64,000 nt of DNA, taken from positions 861 through 64,860 of the forward strand of contig JACNJF010000194.1 of assembly GCA_014382695.1 (NCBI GenBank). Reading direction: 5' to 3'. This document shows, piece after piece, positions 47,944-56,785 of the stretch. Made by a program: the position numbers and the translations under genes. Position 1 is the stretch's first letter. The number at the start of each line of letters is the position of its first letter. The stretch comes from Gammaproteobacteria bacterium (GTDB lineage Bacteria; Pseudomonadota; Gammaproteobacteria; GCA-001735895). The notes below the pieces were generated by a model. The model saw nothing but the letters and a program-made list of their open reading frames with translations. It did not search any database and was not told the DNA's origin.

Positions 47944-48390
47944 TCAGCTATTCTGCGTTAGAATTCTGTCCAGGTGGTTGGCAAAGGTCTTCCGATCGCT
48001 CTGATTGAGTGGCGGCGGCCCTCCGGTATCGACTCCACTGGAGCGCAGGCTATCCATAAAATCGCGCATATTCAGACGCGAGCGGATATTTTCGACGGTA
48101 TACAGTTCACCACGTGGGCTAAGCGAAGTTCCGCCTTTATCAATCACTTCTGCTGCTAGTGGTATATCACTGGTAATCACCAGATCCCCACTTTGCATGC
48201 GCTTTACGATTTCATTATCGGCTACATCAAAACCACTCTGCACACGAATCGATTTAATATATTTCGATGGAGGCACCGCAACCGACTGATTGGCAATCAG
48301 CGTTAGCTGGGTTGCGGTACGGTTGGCCGCTTTAAACAGTATGTCCTTGATGACAACAGGACAGGCATCGGCATCACACCAGATTTTCAT
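47944..48390 (-). CDS. yaiI: YaiI/UPF0178 (DUF188) family protein
   Basis: The N-terminus [11 protein letters not shown] is the hallmark of the family. Confidence 0.85.
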   Translation of the reverse strand: MKIWCDADACPVVIKDILFKAANRTATQLTLIANQSVAVPPSKYIKSIRVQSGFDVADNEIVKRMQSGDLVITSDIPLAAEVIDKGGTSLSPRGELYTVENIRSRLNMRDFMDSLRSSGVDTGGPPPLNQSDRKTFANHLDRILTQNS

Positions 48391-48527
48391 AGCTTCGAAT
48401 TCACGGGGTTAAATGAGAGGCTGGAATTAGCCTTGAGCGGGCAGCGAGTTTACCTCACGCTATGCTAGCTGAACAGCGAGGATCGGAGTAAAGTTAACCT
48501 GAAGAAGGTTAGATCGGAGGACACATC

Positions 48528-50525
48528 ATGCCTATCCGCAGGCAGGCCAGGGTATTAAAGATTGTATTCGTGCTGTTATTTGCTATCCCGTTGCTGGGAT
48601 GCTTTAACTCTGACTCTGAGTCCCCGCCAACGTTTGAGTATCGCGCCGCACTCAAGCCTTTTTCCAGCTGTGATGCACTCGCCACCTATCTACAGGATAC
48701 GGCCGAGCAGCAGAATCGTCTGAGTCAGTATTATTATGCGCTGCCGGGCATCAGTAATGCCGTGCAGGATAATGTCATCGGTATTCCGGGTGGAAATGTC
48801 GCGCTAAGTGCGGATGCTATTGCGCCGGCCATAGAAACTACCCGTACAATCAGCGAGTTTACCCAGACCAATAATCAGGTGAGTGGGGTCGATGAAGCCG
48901 ACTTCATCAAAACCGATGGCGACTATAGCTATATCGTGAGCGGTGGCTTTCTGGTCGTAGTGGATAACTGGCCAGCCGATCAAAGCTCAATACTGGCTCG
49001 GATAGCGGTGAAAGGCTTGTCTTCCAATCTGTTTGTGTATCAGGATACGGTGTGGGTCGTGAGTGATTTAATGAGCACCGACCTGTCCGCCAGTCAGATG
49101 GCCTTTGCACCCCGGGTCAATCAGTTAACCCTGATTTCAATGTTCGATATCACCGATCGCAGCAATCCGCTGTTGCTGCGTGAAACAACACTGGAAGGTT
49201 ACTATGTCGATGCCAGACGTATTGATAACCGGGTGTATCTGGTCACTTCCGCTTACTTTGATCTGTATCCGTTACTTTCTGATAATGCCAGTCCTGCGAT
49301 TGATACGTTGCTACCGAAGCTGTCCGACCGAGTGTATAACGCAGGAATCAGTAGCGTCAGTGAACAGCTGATCAGCCCCTGTGAACAGATCTATCAACCG
49401 GGTACCGCAAATGGCACCGGTACCATCACCCTGTCGACGTTTGATTTACTGACACCTCGGTCTGAGATCAAACGCCAGACCATCATCAGTAATTCAGGAA
49501 CCATCTATGCCAGTCGTGAGCATCTTTATCTGGCCACGGTAGAGGATAACTTCTGGACCTGGTTGCCCGTGCTGGAAGGCGATGAAGTTCCCAGTCCTGG
49601 TACTACCTTGCATAAATTTAGCCTGTTGCAGGAACCGGTGTATCTGGCCAGTGGACGAGTCGACGGTTATCTGTTGAATCAGTTTGCGCTGGATGAACAT
49701 AACGATTTATTGCGCATAACTACTACCAGTTTTGCGTGGTGGAACAACCAGCCGCCGCAGAACAGGCTGTATATCCTTGAGCAGCAGGGTGAGCGACTGG
49801 TGCAACGCAGTCAGCTAGATGGGCTGGGTAAGCCCGGAGAGCGCATCTATGCCACACGCTTTTTTGGTGATCAGGGTTTTGTCGTGACTTTCCAGCAGAT
49901 TGACCCGTTGTATACGCTGGATCTGAGTGATCCGGATAATCCGCAAGTTGCTGGCGAACTGGAGGTTCCTGGATTTTCCACCTATCTGCATCCTCTGGAG
50001 GATGGTCTGCTGCTGGCGATTGGACGCAACCAGAGCAATAACGCCACCGATGTCAGTCTGTTTGATACCACGGATTTTTCTCAACCGGCACTGCTGCATC
50101 GGATCTCTATCGGCAAGGACAGTTATTCGGAAGCTGAATACAATCATAAGGCCTTTACCTGGTATCCACGTGAACAGTTGTTGGCGCTGCCGGTCACGCG
50201 TTGGTCGGGTGATTTGGTGCGGGATGGTTACTCGGGCTACCGACTGTTCAACGGTCTGCAATTATATCGGGCCGACCGAGTAAATGGTTTCGCTGATGTT
50301 GGGCTGGTCGATCATAGTTCGCTGTATCAAAATAGTACGGGCCAGTTCTGGTATCAGCCGGAAAATATCCGTAGAAGTTTTTTTGTGGCTGATGACGCAA
50401 ATCAGAGTTACCTGTACTCGGTCAGCAGTCGTGGCATCAAGATCAATGCACTCGGCGATCTGGCAACGGATCTGGCGGTACTAGAATTACCCGTGTATGA
50501 CAGGCAGAATGTTCTTTTTTATTAA
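48528..50525 (+). CDS. lipoprotein with C-terminal beta-propeller domain (Beta_propel/PF09826-like)
   Basis: Lipobox LLGC. The 665-aa product has repeated beta-strand-rich segments. Family assignment is from memory of the family architecture. Confidence 0.6.
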   Translation: MPIRRQARVLKIVFVLLFAIPLLGCFNSDSESPPTFEYRAALKPFSSCDALATYLQDTAEQQNRLSQYYYALPGISNAVQDNVIGIPGGNVALSADAIAPAIETTRTISEFTQTNNQVSGVDEADFIKTDGDYSYIVSGGFLVVVDNWPADQSSILARIAVKGLSSNLFVYQDTVWVVSDLMSTDLSASQMAFAPRVNQLTLISMFDITDRSNPLLLRETTLEGYYVDARRIDNRVYLVTSAYFDLYPLLSDNASPAIDTLLPKLSDRVYNAGISSVSEQLISPCEQIYQPGTANGTGTITLSTFDLLTPRSEIKRQTIISNSGTIYASREHLYLATVEDNFWTWLPVLEGDEVPSPGTTLHKFSLLQEPVYLASGRVDGYLLNQFALDEHNDLLRITTTSFAWWNNQPPQNRLYILEQQGERLVQRSQLDGLGKPGERIYATRFFGDQGFVVTFQQIDPLYTLDLSDPDNPQVAGELEVPGFSTYLHPLEDGLLLAIGRNQSNNATDVSLFDTTDFSQPALLHRISIGKDSYSEAEYNHKAFTWYPREQLLALPVTRWSGDLVRDGYSGYRLFNGLQLYRADRVNGFADVGLVDHSSLYQNSTGQFWYQPENIRRSFFVADDANQSYLYSVSSRGIKINALGDLATDLAVLELPVYDRQNVLFY

Positions 50526-50538
50526 AGTGAGTTTCGAC

Positions 50539-50901
50539 ATGCTCAGAGCCTTCATTATATTCACGCTTGTCTTTATTCAAAACGCCTGTGTGACCAGCAG
50601 TACTGTAATCACCGGCGAAGTCAGGGAGCGGATTGAGTTTGAGGCCGTGGAAGTGTTTTTTAATACTGCGCCTGACTGTGATTTCGATGTCATCGCCCAT
50701 ATCAATATCCCAGGTACCTATTTCAACCGCGCATCGCTGATCGACGCGTTTCGCTGGAAAGCCGCTTCGGTTGGCGCTAATGCAATACAGATCCTCGATA
50801 TTCAGCCGGTTGGTGTTAACGAGATGATGGGTTCAGCCAGAGCCTTACGTTGCGAGCGTGCAGTCCCTCTGTTCAATCCGATCGAGAAAGTTGACCTTTA
50901 A
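50539..50901 (+). CDS. small putative lipoprotein (about 120 aa)
   Basis: Internal start MLRAFIIFTLVFIQNAC with a lipobox-like FIQNAC. The track ORF at 50497 overlaps the upstream gene. Confidence 0.45.
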   Translation: MLRAFIIFTLVFIQNACVTSSTVITGEVRERIEFEAVEVFFNTAPDCDFDVIAHINIPGTYFNRASLIDAFRWKAASVGANAIQILDIQPVGVNEMMGSARALRCERAVPLFNPIEKVDL

Positions 50902-50943
50902 TGATTTAGCGTTAAGCTTACACAAACTATAACAAACGGCTTC

Positions 50944-52416
50944 ATGTTCTCTTTTTCCTCCCAGTTCTCAGATGGTGAAAACAGTTACCGGCTGATTGCC
51001 GCACTGTTTCTGCGCCTGCTCGCCATCATTTATTTCATGGCCTTCTTTTCTCTCAGCTTTCAGATTACCGGGCTGGTGGGAGAGCAGGGCATACTGCCAC
51101 TCAGCCCCTGGCTGGATAGCCTGCTGAGTGAAATGGGCGGCTCGGCTTTTGTCTACTTTCCGATGTTGTTCTGGTTTGAGCAGAGCGATTTTTTCCTGCA
51201 GGCAGTAGCCTGGTCGGGTTGTGTTGTTTCAATTTCGCTATTGCTTAATATCTGGCCCAGACTGAGCCTGATCCTGCTGTTCATTTTCTATCTGTCGCTG
51301 GTTAAGGCAGGGCAGACCTTTATGAACTTTCAGTGGGATGGCTTACTGCTGGAGGCTGGATTTCTGGCAATTTTTCTACGTCCGGATTCCAGAATCCTGA
51401 TCCTGTTATTCCGCTGGTTACTGTTTCGCTTACGCTTCATGTCCGGTATTTCAAAACTGGTGATGGGCGATCCGTCCTGGCTGGGCATGACGGCGCTGAT
51501 CTATTACTTTGAAACCCAGCCGTTACCGCATGTAGGGGCCTGGTATTTTGATAACCTGCCGCAGATACTACTGATCGCCGCTACCGTTCTGGTGCTGATC
51601 ATTGAGATCATAGTGCCTTTTATGATGTTTTTACCCCGGCGTTATCGTCTGATAGCCGCCTGGGCCACGCTCGCGCTGCAAGTGCTGATTATGCTCAGCA
51701 GTAATCACAACTGGTTTAACTTTCTGACCATCGCGTTATGCCTTTTTCTGTTCGATGATAAAGCCGTGCGACGCATCGTACCGGGTGGGCTGGAACGCTG
51801 GTTGACCATGAGCTGGGCGCAACGCCTGCAAAACCCGCGCGCTCGACGTTCGGTGGCGGCGAGTTATCTGCTGGCGGGAGTGGTTACGCTGGGCGGTATC
51901 CTGAGCATCCATAAATTGGTCACCAACAGGAGTCTGGGCACTGTTGCCGATACCCTGCAGGATATCCTGCAGCAATGGCATATCGTGAATACCTATCATG
52001 TTTTCCCAACCATGACGACGCGTCAGATCGAACTTAAAATTGAAGGCTCTATCGATGGGATTAACTGGAAAGAGTATGAGTTTATCCATCGCCCAAATGC
52101 GCTATCGAAAGCACCGACGATCGTTTTCCCGCATCATCCGCGACTCGACTGGATGATGTGGTTTGTGCCGTTTCATCCACGCTTTTTACCCTGGTTTGAT
52201 GCTTTCCTGCAAACCCTGCTGGAAAACTCAGCGCAGGTAACGGCATTGCTAAAGGATAATCCGTTCAAGGACCAGGCTCCCCGCTATCTGCGTGTGAATG
52301 CCTGGCACTATGAGTTTACCAGTCCCGCCGAGCGTGAGCAGACTGGCAACTGGTGGAAACGCAGTTATCTGGGACCCTTTTACCCGCTACCCGGTAAATA
52401 CAGGATCGCGCCCTGA
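50944..52416 (+). CDS. lipase maturation factor (LMF1)/HTTM-like polytopic membrane protein
   Basis: 490-aa product with an N-terminal YRLIAALFLRLLAIIYFMAFFS hydrophobic core and many TM helices. Resembles bacterial LMF-family proteins. Confidence 0.55.
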   Translation: MFSFSSQFSDGENSYRLIAALFLRLLAIIYFMAFFSLSFQITGLVGEQGILPLSPWLDSLLSEMGGSAFVYFPMLFWFEQSDFFLQAVAWSGCVVSISLLLNIWPRLSLILLFIFYLSLVKAGQTFMNFQWDGLLLEAGFLAIFLRPDSRILILLFRWLLFRLRFMSGISKLVMGDPSWLGMTALIYYFETQPLPHVGAWYFDNLPQILLIAATVLVLIIEIIVPFMMFLPRRYRLIAAWATLALQVLIMLSSNHNWFNFLTIALCLFLFDDKAVRRIVPGGLERWLTMSWAQRLQNPRARRSVAASYLLAGVVTLGGILSIHKLVTNRSLGTVADTLQDILQQWHIVNTYHVFPTMTTRQIELKIEGSIDGINWKEYEFIHRPNALSKAPTIVFPHHPRLDWMMWFVPFHPRFLPWFDAFLQTLLENSAQVTALLKDNPFKDQAPRYLRVNAWHYEFTSPAEREQTGNWWKRSYLGPFYPLPGKYRIAP

Positions 52417-52420
52417 TGCC

Positions 52421-52588
52421 TCACTTGTGTAACTTGCCTTTATCAGTATTGGATGGTTTTTCCTGTTTATGCTCTGCCTGAGCAGGGGGATACAGACTAT
52501 CCATCATTTCCCCGGTGGTTAAAATAACCGTTATATCGTCATCGACTTCGTCGTCGTTGGCTGTTTCTCTGGGTTGCTTATCACGCAT
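52421..52588 (-). CDS. possible small acidic protein (55 aa)
   Basis: I translated this manually: MRDKQPRETANDDEVDDDITVILTTGEMMDSLYPPAQAEHKQEKPSNTDKGKLHK. SD AGAGG lies 6 nt upstream. It fits the gap between flanking genes exactly. Confidence 0.3.
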   Translation of the reverse strand: MRDKQPRETANDDEVDDDITVILTTGEMMDSLYPPAQAEHKQEKPSNTDKGKLHK

Positions 52589-52610
52589 TCTGGACCTCTA
52601 TTCTCAGTAA

Positions 52611-53771
52611 TCATGCTGGCCAGTATTCCGTCTGTATGGATTCTCCTAAATCGGCATCGATCAGACGCTGTCTGACTTCGAGCAGTTTTTTAATTAATGC
52701 TGGTTCCGCCTTCTCATAGGCGGCTGCATCCGGCGCACGCTTAACAACCACGCCGAGTAATTCTGTAATCGCATTGCCTATCGAGTTCTGGCTGATGGTG
52801 ACGACCCATTTGCCACTATCGTTACGATAGATAAGCTGCTTGAAAGCCGGCTGCCAGCGTATCGCGTTGGCATATTGCGCGTTTTTAATGCACTGGTCAC
52901 GTACAATCTTGGCGGTGCTCAAAAAATCATTATTAAAGAGCAGCTTTTCTGTTACCTGTTGCGGGAAATTGACATTTTTTGGGATGGCAGCATTGCGCGT
53001 TGAAACCTGGCTGAAAAAAGTGCGGTAAAAATCGATAAACCCTTTTAGAATGATATCGTACTCTTGCCAGAATTTAACCTCCTTTATGGAATCCAGACCA
53101 CCACTAATCTCCCAGCAGGGAAGTCCCTGCGGGTAACCGGTCAACATCAGCTGCGACGAATCGCCAGTCATCGGTTTTAGTATTTCCAGCTCCAGGGTGT
53201 CGAAAAAAGCACAATAGGCATCATGCATATAGCTTTGAAACAGACTGTGCTGGCCACCATCGGTGAGGTTTGGGTTGTTAGTTTCAGCCAGCGGAGCATC
53301 ACGCAGTTGCTGTTTATCGAATACGATGAAATGATTGTGCAGCATGCGGATGCTGGGAACTCCAGCGGAGGTCAGCGGCCAGGTTGCATCCAGACTGGCT
53401 TCACCACACAGCAGCAGATGATTTTTCGGGTTGGGGAAAATCTCGTGCATGTAGCTGATCAGAATCTGGTTCATGCGGTTCCAGACATTGCGTACATTTT
53501 CCGGTACCTGAGTGCGCCTTACCGGACGACCCAGCGGATCCAGTATAACCTTGGATGTGTTGTAAATGATGGAGGCGTCGAATACATTGGAGTGTCCCAG
53601 CGCCTTCCGATACATTAACAGGTTTTCATCGTTGCGTAACAGACCGTTGTTATGCTCAAGATCATTCAGGTTTTCTGTGCTGTTGAAAAATTCATTCGGT
53701 TTCATACCTTCTGGCACATCCAGTGGAATGGGCCGGAATGGCGTGGTTATTTCTCTTGGTCCGGTGGTCAT
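52611..53771 (-). CDS. hypothetical protein (386 aa), no recognisable family
   Basis: Long ORF with coding-like composition. Contains LHNHFIVF, a possible HxHxx histidine motif. Monocistronic apart from the small downstream ORF. Confidence 0.7.
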   Translation of the reverse strand: MTTGPREITTPFRPIPLDVPEGMKPNEFFNSTENLNDLEHNNGLLRNDENLLMYRKALGHSNVFDASIIYNTSKVILDPLGRPVRRTQVPENVRNVWNRMNQILISYMHEIFPNPKNHLLLCGEASLDATWPLTSAGVPSIRMLHNHFIVFDKQQLRDAPLAETNNPNLTDGGQHSLFQSYMHDAYCAFFDTLELEILKPMTGDSSQLMLTGYPQGLPCWEISGGLDSIKEVKFWQEYDIILKGFIDFYRTFFSQVSTRNAAIPKNVNFPQQVTEKLLFNNDFLSTAKIVRDQCIKNAQYANAIRWQPAFKQLIYRNDSGKWVVTISQNSIGNAITELLGVVVKRAPDAAAYEKAEPALIKKLLEVRQRLIDADLGESIQTEYWPA

Positions 53772-53862
53772 ACAGGGATACTCTGAGCTTTAAAATGTGC
53801 ATTAGGATACAGCAAAGAGAATGATTTTAGTCTTCAAAAAAACTTGGGTAGATATTCAATAG

Positions 53863-54720
53863 ATGAATCTTACGGCAAACAGTAAAGGAATTTTACTGGC
53901 CTTTAGCGGAATCGTCCTGTTGAGCCCCGACAGTCTGTTGATTCGTCTGATTGATACCGATCTGTGGAGCTTGATGTTTCTACGTGGTCTGTTTATGGGT
54001 GTTTCATTATTACTGCTCAATTTTGTGCTGCATCGGGGGCAGGCCGTACAGCAGTTTAAGATGCTGGATCGTTATGCCTGGGGCATTATTGTATTGACCG
54101 CCATCAGTTCCTTCTTCTTTGTGGCATCGATCCAGACCACAAGTGTTGCGCATACGCTGATTATCGTCGGTTCGACCCCGGTGGTGGCGGCTGTGCTGGC
54201 GCTGTATTTTCTGCACGAAAAAGTATCGCAGAATACCTGGATAACCATTTTTATCGTGGTTACAGGTCTGGCGGTGGTGGTTTATGATGATCAGCAAAGT
54301 ACCTTAAAGGGCGATGTATATGCGTTGATCGCCTGCCTGTTATGGTCGGTAAATTTTTTGCTGGCGCGACTGACACGCATGGCCGATATGGTGGCTTCGA
54401 TGTGTATCGGTGGTTTTATGATGGCTTTACTCAGTCTGCCACTGGCACAGCTTGATACGGTTTCCATTACTCAGTTGCTACTGAGTCTATTGCTCGGGCT
54501 GCTGGTGGGTGTATCGCTGTCACTGATTACATTGGCGCCACGCTATATTCTGGCTGCCGAAGTAGCAGTATTTCTTCCACTGGAGTCTGTTTTTGGTTCG
54601 TTGCTGGTGTGGTGGTTAGTGGGAGAATATCCCGGGTCCGTTTCACTGACGGCGGGTCTGGTCATCGTGCTGGCGATTATGCTAAACAGTTACCTGCAAA
54701 TCAGCAGGTCAACGAAGTGA
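53863..54720 (+). CDS. DMT-superfamily (EamA-like) transporter
   Basis: Ten TM helices in two EamA-like halves. Confidence 0.85.
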   Translation: MNLTANSKGILLAFSGIVLLSPDSLLIRLIDTDLWSLMFLRGLFMGVSLLLLNFVLHRGQAVQQFKMLDRYAWGIIVLTAISSFFFVASIQTTSVAHTLIIVGSTPVVAAVLALYFLHEKVSQNTWITIFIVVTGLAVVVYDDQQSTLKGDVYALIACLLWSVNFLLARLTRMADMVASMCIGGFMMALLSLPLAQLDTVSITQLLLSLLLGLLVGVSLSLITLAPRYILAAEVAVFLPLESVFGSLLVWWLVGEYPGSVSLTAGLVIVLAIMLNSYLQISRSTK

Positions 54721-54760
54721 GTTTTTCTGGGCATGAATTTTTAACAATACAGGTATTTAC

Positions 54761-56155
54761 ATGACACAAAAAACACGTACCGAGACAGACAGCATGGGTG
54801 AACTACAGGTTCCGCTTGATGCACTGTATCGCGCTCAAACACAGCGTGCGGTAGAAAATTTTCCGCTCAGTGGGATTCCATTGCCGCGCCAGATGATACG
54901 TGCACTGGGGCTGATCAAGGTCGCCTGCGCGCGTACAAATCGGCAACTCGGTTTGCTGGATAATCCGATTGCGCGTGCGATCGAGCAGGCGGGGAAGCAG
55001 GTGGTGAGTGGTGACGTCGATGCGCATTTTCCGGTCGATATTTTTCAGACCGGTTCAGGCACCAGCAGTAACATGAATGCAAACGAAGTCATCGCCTCGC
55101 TGGCGAGTTCGCCAAAGCTTAAGGTGCATCCGAACGATCATGTGAATATGGGACAGAGCTCTAACGATGTGTTTCCTTCGGCCATCCATGTCAGTGCCTG
55201 CCTGGCGATTCATGAACAGCTATTGCCTGCGTTGTCACATCTGGAAAAAACCCTCAACCAGAAAGCCGATGAACTGAAGGATGTGGTGAAGACCGGTCGT
55301 ACTCATCTGATGGATGCGATGCCGCTTACCTTCGGCCAGGAAATTGGCGCCTGGGCGGCACAGATTAAACAGGGGATGTACCGGATTCAATCCAGCCTGA
55401 CGCGGTTGCAGAAGCTGGCACAGGGCGGCACTGCCGTCGGTACCGGGATCAATGCGCATGCAGAGTTTTCTTTGCGCGTGTGTGCTGAACTCAAGTTGCT
55501 GAGCGGGATCCAGTTCGCTCCCAAAGACAATCTGTTTGAAGGCCTGAGTAGCCAGGATTCTGCGGTTGAAATGAGCGGGCAGTTAAAGACGCTGGCGGTG
55601 GCATTGATGAAGATATCAAATGACCTGCGCTGGATGAATTCGGGACCGCTCGCCGGCCTCGCAGAGATTTCTCTACCGGCTCTGCAGCCCGGCAGTTCGA
55701 TCATGCCGGGTAAGGTCAATCCGGTCATTCCTGAAGCCGTTGCGATGGTTTGTGCGCAGGTCATCGGCAATGACAGTACCATTACCATTGCGGGCCAGTC
55801 GGGTAATTTTCAGCTGAATGTGATGTTGCCGGTGATCGCCTATAACCTGATTCAGAGCATTGAGCTGCTGGCGAATGCGGCGAAGCTACTGGCGGATAAG
55901 GCTATTCATGGGCTGACGGTCAATCACGAACAGATCGAACGGGCGCTATCGGTGAATCCGATACTGGTTACGGCTTTAAATCCGGTCATCGGTTATGAAC
56001 TGGGGGTGAAAATTGCCAGGGCAGCCTATGCACAGAAAAGACCAGTCTTCGATGTGGCTCGAGAATTATGCGACTTGAGTGAAGAAGAACTGCGGAAATT
56101 ACTCGATCCAGCCCGTTTGACCCAGGGCGGACCTGGCAAGGGAGGGATCGGCTAG
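54761..56155 (+). CDS. fumC: class II fumarate hydratase
   Basis: GSSIMPGKVNP signature. Length 464 aa. Confidence 0.95.
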   Translation: MTQKTRTETDSMGELQVPLDALYRAQTQRAVENFPLSGIPLPRQMIRALGLIKVACARTNRQLGLLDNPIARAIEQAGKQVVSGDVDAHFPVDIFQTGSGTSSNMNANEVIASLASSPKLKVHPNDHVNMGQSSNDVFPSAIHVSACLAIHEQLLPALSHLEKTLNQKADELKDVVKTGRTHLMDAMPLTFGQEIGAWAAQIKQGMYRIQSSLTRLQKLAQGGTAVGTGINAHAEFSLRVCAELKLLSGIQFAPKDNLFEGLSSQDSAVEMSGQLKTLAVALMKISNDLRWMNSGPLAGLAEISLPALQPGSSIMPGKVNPVIPEAVAMVCAQVIGNDSTITIAGQSGNFQLNVMLPVIAYNLIQSIELLANAAKLLADKAIHGLTVNHEQIERALSVNPILVTALNPVIGYELGVKIARAAYAQKRPVFDVARELCDLSEEELRKLLDPARLTQGGPGKGGIG

Positions 56156-56736
56156 TGTTGTTAACCTACCAGCAGCAGGATCGAAGTAATTTTCCAGAAA
56201 GCGAAAACTCTGTGTTTGACCGTGTCATTTACTGGTTTGAGAAAAGTGTGCTGGGGCTGAATTTGTGCCCGTTTGCGGCTAAGCCCTACCGCGAAGGGGG
56301 TATCCGTTTCGTGTCAAGCAGTGCCCAGACCGATGTAGATTGCCTGACCGATCTGTTTGACTGTCTAAACCAGCTCGATCAGCAGCCCGATATCGAAACC
56401 ATGGTGTTGATTTGCCCGCATCATCTACAGGATTTTTCTGACTATAACCAGTTTCTCGATTATTGTGATGCTTTACTCGAGCAACAAGGCTGGAGTGGTA
56501 TCTATCAGATCGCAAGTTTCCACCCTGACTATCAGTTTGCCGAAAATCTGCCCGATGATCGGGCCAACTGGACTAACCGTTCACCCAGTCCATTGCTGCA
56601 TTTGATTCGAGAAGCTTCCATCAGCCGGGCAGTGGCTGTTGCGAATAGTGCGGCAATCCCTGCACGCAATATCCAGACGATCGAGGCTTTGTCTGAAGCG
56701 CAGATGATTGAAATATTCGGTGCTCATTTGCGCTAA
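56155..56736 (+). CDS. DUF1415-family protein
   Basis: NLCPFA motif. GTG start overlapping the fumC stop by 1 nt. Confidence 0.75.
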   Translation: MLLTYQQQDRSNFPESENSVFDRVIYWFEKSVLGLNLCPFAAKPYREGGIRFVSSSAQTDVDCLTDLFDCLNQLDQQPDIETMVLICPHHLQDFSDYNQFLDYCDALLEQQGWSGIYQIASFHPDYQFAENLPDDRANWTNRSPSPLLHLIREASISRAVAVANSAAIPARNIQTIEALSEAQMIEIFGAHLR

Positions 56737-56767
56737 AAAAAACCGGGGAGACACCCGGTTTTTTTGC
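56735..56767. terminator. bidirectional rho-independent terminator between convergent genes
   Basis: aaaaaaaaccggg-gagaca-cccggttttttt: an A-tract, a GC stem, then a T-tract. Confidence 0.85.
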
Positions 56768-56785
56768 TTATGCAAGTGACTATAA

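Noticed and set aside
50497-50538. N-terminal extension of the small lipoprotein ORF overlapping the beta-propeller gene.
   Set aside because: The internal Met at 50539 gives a canonical lipoprotein signal (FIQNAC). The extension overlaps the upstream gene by 29 nt.
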